A DNA stretch of 35,868 bases, from the IMG/VR virus record IMGVR_UViG_2609460346_000008. One strand, given 5' to 3'. Of this stretch, positions 8,043-14,863 are shown piece after piece; the first letter of the stretch is position 1, and each line of letters starts with the position of its first letter. Source of the DNA: a virus (taxonomy: Duplodnaviria > Heunggongvirae > Uroviricota > Caudoviricetes). A program made the translations under genes and the position numbers. The notes under the pieces were generated by a model, which made no database searches, had not been told where the DNA came from, and saw only the letters and a program-made list of their open reading frames with translations.

Positions 8043-8962
8043 TACTGCATATCCTCCGGTCGGTTGATTTCAGGTTCCGGTTCGGTCAGCCAGGCGGGGG
8101 CATCGTTACCCGATGGAGCGGCCTCAAGGTCAAACGTCTCACGTAATGCATGAACACTGCGTTCAATCTGGCAGACCAGACCGGCCATGAAATCTCTGGG
8201 GGTATCGATCATGTTTTTGGTGCAGTATTCACACAGGGTCTCAAAAACACTGGACAGCTGGACGGCGATAGCCGATTCGGCCTCAACCGCTAATGCCATC
8301 ACTTCCGCCCGCAATTTTTTCAGTTCTTCGTCTGGCGGCGGAGGTTGCAGGCGCGATTTCTTCTCCAGTTTTGTGGCCAGTTCGTTGATTTTTTCGTCCT
8401 TTCCGGCAAGCACCTGTTGCTGAGCTGCGTTGGTTTCGCGCGCTTCACGCAGGGCGGCCTTCAGTTCGCGGCTGGTCATGCGATCAATATCATCAAGCGT
8501 TGCACCGGCGACGGTTCCACCATCAGCTAATGCGTCGAGTTCTTCGTCATCCAGAACCATCAGTTCATATAACTTGGTTTTTCCCAAAACGCTCAGCGCT
8601 GAGCGTTTTGGCTGTTCATCTCCATTGCCGAGAAATTTCACGCTGGCCTGCATCATGCGACGAGCTACCTGTGGTGCTAATCCGAGGTCGTTTTCCAGAA
8701 TATTTGTGAAATCACCATGCGGTTCATTTTCTTTTAAGATGATCAGCCGCTTACCCGCTTCCAACATAGATTCAGCACTCTGCGCCATATAAAAACGTGC
8801 TTCGTGAACGATGCGTTCACGTTCATAAGGCAGTCCATCACCAAACTGCTGCATGATCTCCATGCGATGCTGTGTCATGGCATTCAGGCTGACGTTGAGA
8901 TCATCCGACAGCGGTACATCGGCGTTCAGTTCAGTGTTAATCGGTGATTTGGTACGTCCCAT
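8042..8962 (-). CDS. Hypothetical early protein (306 aa) with acidic/coiled-coil C-terminal half; possibly DUF3102-like
   Basis: AAGGAG RBS 8 nt upstream of the ATG at 8962; the N-terminal region (RFYMAQSAESMLEAGKRLIILKENEPHGDF...) resembles a phage/plasmid domain of unknown function. Family assignment is tentative. Confidence 0.55.
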   Translation of the reverse strand: MGRTKSPINTELNADVPLSDDLNVSLNAMTQHRMEIMQQFGDGLPYERERIVHEARFYMAQSAESMLEAGKRLIILKENEPHGDFTNILENDLGLAPQVARRMMQASVKFLGNGDEQPKRSALSVLGKTKLYELMVLDDEELDALADGGTVAGATLDDIDRMTSRELKAALREARETNAAQQQVLAGKDEKINELATKLEKKSRLQPPPPDEELKKLRAEVMALAVEAESAIAVQLSSVFETLCEYCTKNMIDTPRDFMAGLVCQIERSVHALRETFDLEAAPSGNDAPAWLTEPEPEINRPEDMQ

Positions 8963-8972
8963 TGATTACTCC

Positions 8973-9281
8973 TTACAAACGACTACCTGAAATGACACGT
9001 TGGTTAATTTCGTTAATACGATCCTGTGCACGTGCCATCTCGTTACTGTGGGCCATGGCGATCTGCAGTAACTGGATGCCCGGTGCAAAACGTCCGTTCT
9101 CCAGTTTCAGAGCCAGCCCTTCTTCAATGAGGGTGTTGAGTGCCCGGTTGATGTTTGCCGGTGACTCGTGCAGTGCTGTCGCCAGTTCACCGTTAGAAAT
9201 ACCGTTCAGGGCATGACCGCGCAGCGCTTTGAGTACCCGGAGGATGCGACTGCCGGAGCTTGAAACATTCGTCTTACTCAT
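8973..9281 (-). CDS. Winged-helix DNA-binding protein (IclR/MarR-like HTH)
   Basis: Start at the second ATG at 9281 (MSKTNV...), which has AGAGG at proper spacing; segment ISNGELATALHESPANINRALNTLIEEGLA is HTH-like. Confidence 0.55.
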   Translation of the reverse strand: MSKTNVSSSGSRILRVLKALRGHALNGISNGELATALHESPANINRALNTLIEEGLALKLENGRFAPGIQLLQIAMAHSNEMARAQDRINEINQRVISGSRL

Positions 9282-9333
9282 CTGCATACCTCTTTTGCGA
9301 TATGTGATAACCTTTTACAAAGACTCAAAATAT

Positions 9334-9522
9334 TTAGGCCGCCTGAGCTGTTGATTTCAGTCCCAACTTCACGGCGATTTCATGGGATTTACCGTAACGG
9401 GCTTTGGTCTGCCCGTTGAGAACGCGGTATACCTCATTGCGGTTGTAGCCGTTTTCTTCTGCCCAGCGGGTGAAAGTGATCCCGCGCTGGCGGAAGAGAG
9501 CTTTGACTTGTTCTGCAGTCAT
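9334..9522 (-). CDS. Ner/Cro-like small DNA-binding regulator (first gene of the early operon)
   Basis: 62 aa, HTH-like; AAGGAG RBS 8 nt upstream; divergent from the repressor gene across an operator-containing intergenic region, as for Mu ner versus c. Confidence 0.55.
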   Translation of the reverse strand: MTAEQVKALFRQRGITFTRWAEENGYNRNEVYRVLNGQTKARYGKSHEIAVKLGLKSTAQAA

Positions 9523-9574
9523 CGTTGTCTCCTTTGTTGATGCAATGATGTTTGCCTTATATGTGTTAGATTAT

Positions 9575-9592
9575 TGCTCATAATTATGAGCA
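9575..9592. promoter_or_regulatory. Operator: 18-bp perfect palindrome TGCTCATAATTATGAGCA between ner and the repressor gene
   Basis: Perfect dyad read from sequence; a third half-site copy TTATGAGCA at 9614-9622 overlaps the repressor start codon. Confidence 0.55.
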
Positions 9593-9615
9593 TATCAAGA
9601 TAGAGATTCACTTTT

Positions 9616-9972
9616 ATGAGCAAAGATATAGGAGAGCGCGTTATTTCTGTGAGGAAGAAAGCAGGGTTGAACCAGAGAGAATTTGCAGCTCGTTTAGGTA
9701 TTTCTAATGGTGGTATCAGTCAGATTGAAAATGGAAAGGCGATGCCTGGAGGGGAGTTTCTGTTAAAGATGCATCAAGAGTTTAATGTTGATGTAAATTG
9801 GTTGCTCACTGGAATGAGCACAGATGGTATGACTAGAAACCAGAATCAAATTTCCCCAGAAAAACAAAAACTAATAGATACTTTTGACGACATGACACCA
9901 GACCAACAACGCTCATTTCTTGAGATTGGGCGATTCTATACTCAGCCAAAACCAGGAAAAATCGCAGGCTGA
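9616..9972 (+). CDS. Phage repressor, XRE-family HTH (c-like immunity repressor)
   Basis: 118 aa; HTH QREFAARLGISNGGISQIENGK near the N-terminus; no S24 peptidase domain; gene visibly A+T-rich relative to neighbours; weak RBS. Confidence 0.8.
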   Translation: MSKDIGERVISVRKKAGLNQREFAARLGISNGGISQIENGKAMPGGEFLLKMHQEFNVDVNWLLTGMSTDGMTRNQNQISPEKQKLIDTFDDMTPDQQRSFLEIGRFYTQPKPGKIAG

Positions 9973-10057
9973 TACTGACCCGGACACAAAGGACAGGTGG
10001 TTGATCTGGATGCTTTCAGAAAACATCGCCAGTGACATAGTGGAAGTTGTTTGGTTT

Positions 10058-10090
10058 ACCGGAAAGCATTGTGCTTTCCGGTTTTGTTTC
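10058..10090. terminator. Bidirectional rho-independent terminator between the repressor and methyltransferase genes
   Basis: 10-bp perfect stem ACCGGAAAGC/GCTTTCCGGT, 5-nt loop, T-rich tracts on both sides (ttggttt ... tttgtttc). Confidence 0.7.
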
Positions 10091-10853
10091 AGAAGTTGCA
10101 GATTAGCAGTTCACGGCGCGGCGTGGGTTTACCCGCCAGACTGTAGTTGATATTCACTGTCTGTATGTTCAGTCCAGTGAACACCTCGCGCATCTGCGGG
10201 ATGTCGTTCACCGAAATTATCATTTTTCCTCTGATGCACCGGGCCAGCTCTGCCAGCCGCGAGTAGTTCCCTTCAGGAAAATCCACACCATAGCCTTCCG
10301 TACCCAGGTACGGTGGGTCGCAGTAGAACAGCGTGTGCGGACGATCATAACGCTCAATGCACTGTTGCCAGTCCATGTGTTCTATGACTGTTCTGGAAAG
10401 CCGCAGGTGTGCCGCTGACAGTTCTTCTTCAATACGCAGCAGGTTGAAGCGTGGCGGGGATGTGGTGGAGGTACCGAAGCTGTGCTCTGCCACCTTGCCG
10501 CCAAACGCCTGCTTCTGAAGGTAGTAGAACCGTGCCGCACGCTGGATATCCGTCAGTGTTTCTTCCGGGGTGATCTGCAGCCATTTGTAGATCTGACGGC
10601 TGACCAGCGCCCATTTGAACTGGCGGACAAATTCTTCCAGGTGATGCTTTACCACCCGGTACAGATTCACCAGTTCACCGTTGATATCATTGATGACTTC
10701 GATCTTGCCGGGTGTCTTAAGAAAATAGAGCGCTGCTGCCCCACAAAACGGCTCCACATAACATTCATGCGCCGGAAACAGCGGCAGAATGTGTTTTGCA
10801 AGGCGGCGTTTGCCACCAATCCACGGCACGATGGGTAATGTCTGCATTTTCAT
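10089..10853 (-). CDS. dam: DNA N6-adenine methyltransferase, Dam (D12) class; orphan (no nuclease partner seen)
   Basis: Motif I FCGAAAL and motif IV DPPY (FYCDPPYLG); N-terminus PIVPWIGGKRRLA typical of the Dam family; start placed at the internal ATG at 10853 (MKMQTL...); the track ORF extends to 10943. Confidence 0.85.
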   Translation of the reverse strand: MKMQTLPIVPWIGGKRRLAKHILPLFPAHECYVEPFCGAAALYFLKTPGKIEVINDINGELVNLYRVVKHHLEEFVRQFKWALVSRQIYKWLQITPEETLTDIQRAARFYYLQKQAFGGKVAEHSFGTSTTSPPRFNLLRIEEELSAAHLRLSRTVIEHMDWQQCIERYDRPHTLFYCDPPYLGTEGYGVDFPEGNYSRLAELARCIRGKMIISVNDIPQMREVFTGLNIQTVNINYSLAGKPTPRRELLICNF

Positions 10854-10957
10854 AATCTGTAAGCCTTTTACAATTATTAAAAAATATGGCAGTCTGGTCA
10901 GGTCTCGCGAGACTGACTGAACCTTGGTCGGCTCACAGCGCATTCCTGTGGGGCGAT

Positions 10958-10989
10958 GACCAGCCCGGCTTTCGGGTGCCGGGCTGGTC
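10958..10989. terminator. Strong hairpin (12-bp perfect stem GACCAGCCCGGC/GCCGGGCTGGTC, 8-nt loop), plus-strand terminator-like
   Basis: Read from sequence; followed on the plus strand by gTTCTTTCat. Lies in the non-coding gap between dam and the 71-aa ORF. Confidence 0.45.
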
Positions 10990-11043
10990 GTTCTTTCATG
11001 ATGCGGCAGGGATGGCGGGATTTCTGTTAATGTGGTTTAGGGA

Positions 11044-11259
11044 TTATCCGGGGCGATTTTCTGACCTTATCCGGTCCAGGGCATAAGTAATACCTTCTGC
11101 AAAAACAGAAGTATCAAACTGCTTTTGTATTCCCTGAAAATGAAAAGCGGCACGACAGACACTCAGTTCTCCGCGATGTAACCGGATAATATCTTCCAGA
11201 ACATTGTTCACTGCTTCAGCACGGCGCTGATGTTCTGTTAACGTTAATCGGGGATTCAT
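11044..11259 (-). CDS. Hypothetical protein (71 aa)
   Basis: AAGGAG RBS 7 nt upstream of the ATG at 11259, but the start codon overlaps the start of the opposite-strand ORF; one of the two may be spurious. Confidence 0.35.
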   Translation of the reverse strand: MNPRLTLTEHQRRAEAVNNVLEDIIRLHRGELSVCRAAFHFQGIQKQFDTSVFAEGITYALDRIRSENRPG

Positions 11260-11260
11260 G

Positions 11261-11662
11261 ATGCACTCCTTAAATGATGATTTTTATGCACTCACCGGCA
11301 AAATATTCTGCCGATTACTGAACACGCATCCGGCACCTCAGGTTTTGATTTATTCTGGTTTTTTCGATATTCCGGACCAGGTTGATCACGACCAGAAAAA
11401 GTGCCGGTATTTTATTGATACGCTGATATGGCTTCGGGATAACAGCTATATTCGTTACTCTCAGTTGCTGGCTGTGGGAGCGGCTGATGTCGTCCTCACG
11501 GAAAAAACGCTCCGTCTGCTCAATGCCACGCCGACCCTTCTGCAGCCCCGGCCCGCACCATTTAAAGAGTCACTTCTGGATGCAGTAAAAACCGGTGAAA
11601 ATGCAGTCATCGCTGAACGCGTATCCCGGATTATGAGTTACGTGTTTAATGAACGTAAGTGA
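11261..11662 (+). CDS. Hypothetical protein (133 aa), convergent with the P-loop gene
   Basis: Open frame with coding-like codon usage; GGGGA 6 nt upstream of the ATG at 11261; 3' end overlaps the P-loop gene's 3' end by 25 bp. No family recognised. Confidence 0.4.
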   Translation: MHSLNDDFYALTGKIFCRLLNTHPAPQVLIYSGFFDIPDQVDHDQKKCRYFIDTLIWLRDNSYIRYSQLLAVGAADVVLTEKTLRLLNATPTLLQPRPAPFKESLLDAVKTGENAVIAERVSRIMSYVFNERK

Positions 11663-12366
11663 GGTTTATCCGCTGTCTGCATAATCCCGATAGCCAGTGC
11701 GAGGGGAAGTAATTCCGGGGAAGTTCTTTCAAACAGCGATTCCCATTCTCCTCTCGCCATCACTCTGTCCAGCCCGCCCTCCAGTTGCATTTCAGCAATC
11801 TTCCTGATTTCCCGGAACAACGCCGCTTTGATCTCTTCATGCTCAGCTTTATTTTCCGGTGTCAGAAGGTATTCGTCGAAGAACCGGGGAGGCTGGTTAA
11901 TCGGGATGTGTTCCTGTTTGCCGTACTTCGGAGACGAACAACATTCTGTTGGCTGACCGGTGAGTTTACGTAACTCCTTCATGAGCAGCTCCTGATCGTA
12001 AACTGTCATCAGTGCCGCAATGGTGGCATGCAGTGCATCGGGCAGTATCCAGGGTTGCCGGCCCGTGGGGCATATAACATCCAGCAGCTCATTCCTCCGA
12101 CAGATACGCTCCTCGCCGTATGACAACAGGCCCTGTCCCGTGTATTCCTCCAGCCTGATCACTGTGCCAGCCCGTGGTTTCTGCCATGTGCTCAGATCAT
12201 CCCCACTCATACGGCGCTCACCGTCCACGTCTGCGGCGTCGACAATGACGCTGTTTCCGAATTCCTGTTTCACCACTTCCTCTATCCGCGCCAATATGTA
12301 ACTTTTACCGCTGCCCACAGGACCGGACACGGTGACAGTGATGACCGGATTCAGTGTCTGCGTCAT
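11638..12366 (-). CDS. P-loop NTPase-like protein (242 aa) with uncharacterised C-terminal domain
   Basis: Walker A GPVGSGKS near the N-terminus (residues about 15-22); strong RBS GAGGAGA 7-8 nt upstream of the ATG at 12366; divergent from the lysis cassette; C-terminal about 160 aa unrecognised. Confidence 0.65.
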   Translation of the reverse strand: MTQTLNPVITVTVSGPVGSGKSYILARIEEVVKQEFGNSVIVDAADVDGERRMSGDDLSTWQKPRAGTVIRLEEYTGQGLLSYGEERICRRNELLDVICPTGRQPWILPDALHATIAALMTVYDQELLMKELRKLTGQPTECCSSPKYGKQEHIPINQPPRFFDEYLLTPENKAEHEEIKAALFREIRKIAEMQLEGGLDRVMARGEWESLFERTSPELLPLALAIGIMQTADKPHLRSLNT

Positions 12367-12428
12367 ATCGTATTCTCCTCTGTGAATAATTCATCGTTTA
12401 TCCTGCACATCCCGTATCCCCGGCTCTC

Positions 12429-12447
12429 TTAACGCGCTTTAAAATCC
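12429..12447 (+). promoter_or_regulatory. Putative late promoter element P1 (ttaacgcgcTTTAAAATCc) upstream of the lysis/head operon
   Basis: One of four copies of TTAA-N5-TTTAAWATC; its 3' end lies 49 nt upstream of the ATG at 12497. Confidence 0.4.
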
Positions 12448-12496
12448 TTCGCGCCCTGTATTTGTGATGCTGTCTCCACCAGACAAGGAGACACAC

Positions 12497-12847
12497 ATGA
12501 AAAACCTGAAAAAATTCATTCCCCCTGTTAAAAAACCTCGCCTCAGCGGCTGGCTGCTGACCTCAGTGCTGTTGCTGGGCACCATCGCTCTGGTCTCGCC
12601 ACAGCAGTTGCCTGTTGTGATCTACAAGCTGGCACTCATCACGCTGGCAGCAGTGCTGGGTTACTGGCTTGACCGTTCGCTCTTCCCCAAAGCCCGTCCC
12701 GGTCAGTACCTGAAACATGACGACAGGCTGATGGCTGATGGGCGTTTCCCGGTACAGACCGGCCTTCACCTGGTGTTTTCTGCTGCGTTAATCCGCCGTG
12801 CACTGATTGTTGCAGCGGTCTGTCTGGCTGTTGCGATGGGGCTTTAA
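12497..12847 (+). CDS. Membrane protein at the head of the lysis cassette (holin/antiholin candidate)
   Basis: Start ATG at 12497 with AAGGAG 6 nt upstream (track ORF starts at 12464); three predicted hydrophobic helices; immediately precedes the lytic transglycosylase. C-terminus is hydrophobic, which is atypical for a classical holin. Confidence 0.5.
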   Translation: MKNLKKFIPPVKKPRLSGWLLTSVLLLGTIALVSPQQLPVVIYKLALITLAAVLGYWLDRSLFPKARPGQYLKHDDRLMADGRFPVQTGLHLVFSAALIRRALIVAAVCLAVAMGL

Positions 12848-12849
12848 TC

Positions 12850-13587
12850 ATGAACTGGCCGCAGATCACCTGGATTGTATGCATGTCCCTGAAACTGGCT
12901 TTCGAAGCCTTTAGGGTCTTCATCAGAACCGAACGCCTGTCAGTCCGCGCCGGGACCTTTCTGGTTCATATGGCACGGGTATTCTTTGTCGCAATGTTGC
13001 TCTGGTGTGGCGGCTTCTTCAGTCAGGCCCGCGCAGCGCAGCCTCCGCAGGCAGCGCTGCAGTATCGCGATGATGTGATCCGTAATGCCCGGCTTGAATG
13101 GGGACTGTCTGCGCCGGTGGCTGATTTCGCTGCGCAACTGCATCAGGAAAGCGGCTGGCGACCTGATGCGATCTCGCCGGTTGGCGCTCAGGGACTGGCG
13201 CAGTTCATGCCCGCCACCGCCGACTGGATAAGTCAGTTGATGCCGGGGCTTAACAGCCGTGAGCCATTTAATCCGGCATGGGCCATCCGGGCGCTGGTCA
13301 GCTATGACCGCTGGCTGTGGCAGCGCGTCAGCGCCGCCAGTGACTGCGAGCGTATGGCCATGACACTGTCGGGCTATAACGGTGGTCTGGGCTGGGTACA
13401 GCGGGACAGGCGGCTTGCATCACAAAAAGGGCTGGACAGCACCCGCTGGTTTGGTCATGTCGCCACGGTGAATGCCGGACGCAGCACTGCCAGCTGGCGG
13501 GAGAACCGTCATTATCCCCAGCGCATCCTGTTCACGCTGGCCCCGCGTTATCTCTCATGGGGAGGGGCAAGCTGTGTGGGTACGTAA
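12850..13587 (+). CDS. Endolysin: soluble lytic transglycosylase (SLT domain), probably membrane-tethered or secreted (SAR/signal-type)
   Basis: SLT motif ...QESGWRPDAISPVGAQGLAQFMP...; weakly hydrophobic Gly/Ala-rich segment MARVFFVAMLLWCGGFFSQARAA ahead of the catalytic domain; alternative start at the ATG at 12970. Confidence 0.8.
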   Translation: MNWPQITWIVCMSLKLAFEAFRVFIRTERLSVRAGTFLVHMARVFFVAMLLWCGGFFSQARAAQPPQAALQYRDDVIRNARLEWGLSAPVADFAAQLHQESGWRPDAISPVGAQGLAQFMPATADWISQLMPGLNSREPFNPAWAIRALVSYDRWLWQRVSAASDCERMAMTLSGYNGGLGWVQRDRRLASQKGLDSTRWFGHVATVNAGRSTASWRENRHYPQRILFTLAPRYLSWGGASCVGT

Positions 13588-14227
13588 GTTACGGTCGCTG
13601 CCGTGGCGGGGCATTATGCTGGCCATTCTCCTGAACACCTTCCTGCTGGCGATCTGGTGGCTGGGATACAGCACAGGCCACGACCGGGCCTCCGCTGACG
13701 GTCAGGCGGCGCTCAGCCGCCTGCAGGCGGATTTTGACGGATACCGGGCAGAACAGGCCCGGCGTGAGGTGGCGGCGTTGCGCGCATGGTCTGAGCGTTA
13801 TCAGGAGCAGGTAGCCGCCGGGCAACGGGCTGAAGCTGATTATCTTGAGCAGATTGCTCAACTGGAGGACCAGAACAAACAACTACAGGGGCAAATTAAC
13901 GATGTCACACAGCGCTGGATTGATGAAAAAGGTAAGAGCCATCCCATTGAGTGCGTGTTTACTCGCGGTTTCGTGCGCCAGTACAACGCCGCACTCGGAT
14001 ACGACAACGCATCCGTCGACACCGGTCATTCAGACTCAGTTGCCGCCGCTGGCACCGGCACTGGCGCAGCGACCGGGCAACCTGAAACCGCTGACGCCCG
14101 GTTACGCAATTCGGGTGTCTCCCAGCTTGACGTCCTTGCCAACATCATCGACAACGCAGGGCAATGTCGTCGCTGGCGAAACCAGATAAACGCGCTACTG
14201 GATGAACGGGAAGGATTACAGAAATGA
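13574..14227 (+). CDS. i-spanin (Rz-like)
   Basis: GTG start at 13574 with GGAGG 8 nt upstream; N-terminal TM helix (IMLAILLNTFLLAIWWLGY) followed by coiled-coil-like periplasmic region; contains a nested +1-frame lipoprotein ORF. Confidence 0.6.
   Translation: MWVRKLRSLPWRGIMLAILLNTFLLAIWWLGYSTGHDRASADGQAALSRLQADFDGYRAEQARREVAALRAWSERYQEQVAAGQRAEADYLEQIAQLEDQNKQLQGQINDVTQRWIDEKGKSHPIECVFTRGFVRQYNAALGYDNASVDTGHSDSVAAAGTGTGAATGQPETADARLRNSGVSQLDVLANIIDNAGQCRRWRNQINALLDEREGLQK
13923..14189 (+). CDS. o-spanin (Rz1-like outer-membrane lipoprotein), embedded in the i-spanin gene
   Basis: MKKVRAIPLSACLLAVSC lipoprotein-type signal with lipobox Cys, followed by a Pro/Thr/Ser-rich mature region; entirely nested in the +1 frame of the i-spanin gene. 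Confidence 0.5.
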   Translation: MKKVRAIPLSACLLAVSCASTTPHSDTTTHPSTPVIQTQLPPLAPALAQRPGNLKPLTPGYAIRVSPSLTSLPTSSTTQGNVVAGETR

Positions 14228-14550
14228 CACTGCAGGTTGAATTCTGGACGGTGGTGAGTTTTTTGCTCACCTTCATGGGGTTTGTGGGAGGGCTCGCCAA
14301 ATGGTTGTTCAGTAAAACAGAAGAACGCCAGGCGGCACGATTCGCCTCCCTTGAGCAGGCCCTGCAACAGTCCGCCTCCAACTGGGGCGAACTGGAAAAA
14401 GAATTTATGCGATTTAAAGCGGATTTACCGCTGAATTATGTCCGTCGCGAGGATTATATCCGTGGCCAGACAGTCATCGAGGCCAAACTGGACGCGCTCT
14501 ACAACAAACTGGAAGTGGTACAGCAGTACCGCAATACCGGAGGTCAATAA
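14224..14550 (+). CDS. Hypothetical single-pass membrane protein (108 aa)
   Basis: ATGA overlap with the i-spanin stop; N-terminal TM helix, hydrophilic helical C-terminus. Confidence 0.5.
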   Translation: MTLQVEFWTVVSFLLTFMGFVGGLAKWLFSKTEERQAARFASLEQALQQSASNWGELEKEFMRFKADLPLNYVRREDYIRGQTVIEAKLDALYNKLEVVQQYRNTGGQ

Positions 14551-14861
14551 TGGTCGATATTACCCGGGTACGCCGCGAATCCCTGCGCTGGAGTCTGCTG
14601 GTTGCCCTGAACAAAACCCGCCCTTATACCGCCAGCGAGACGCTGCTGCTGGAAGTGTCCCGCGCCATCTACCCGGACACCACGCAACTGGAGCTGCGCC
14701 GTGAGCTTGATTACCTGGCAGATCGCAAGATGGTGGAACTGGAGAAGAGGCCTTCCGGTGACTGGTTTGCCGATCTGAGTCGCCTTGGTGTGGATATTGT
14801 GGAATACACCGTGGAATGCGGCCCCGGTATTGCCCGCCCGGAAAAATACTGGAGTGAGTGA
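14550..14861 (+). CDS. Hypothetical protein (103 aa)
   Basis: TAATG overlap with the upstream stop; GGAGG 8 nt upstream. Confidence 0.5.
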   Translation: MVDITRVRRESLRWSLLVALNKTRPYTASETLLLEVSRAIYPDTTQLELRRELDYLADRKMVELEKRPSGDWFADLSRLGVDIVEYTVECGPGIARPEKYWSE

Positions 14862-14863
14862 TT

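Noticed and set aside
10886-11086. 66-aa plus-strand ORF between dam and the 71-aa ORF
   Set aside because: Spans a 12-bp-stem hairpin and a palindrome, has no RBS and a Trp/Gly/Phe-rich atypical composition; more likely non-coding regulatory DNA.
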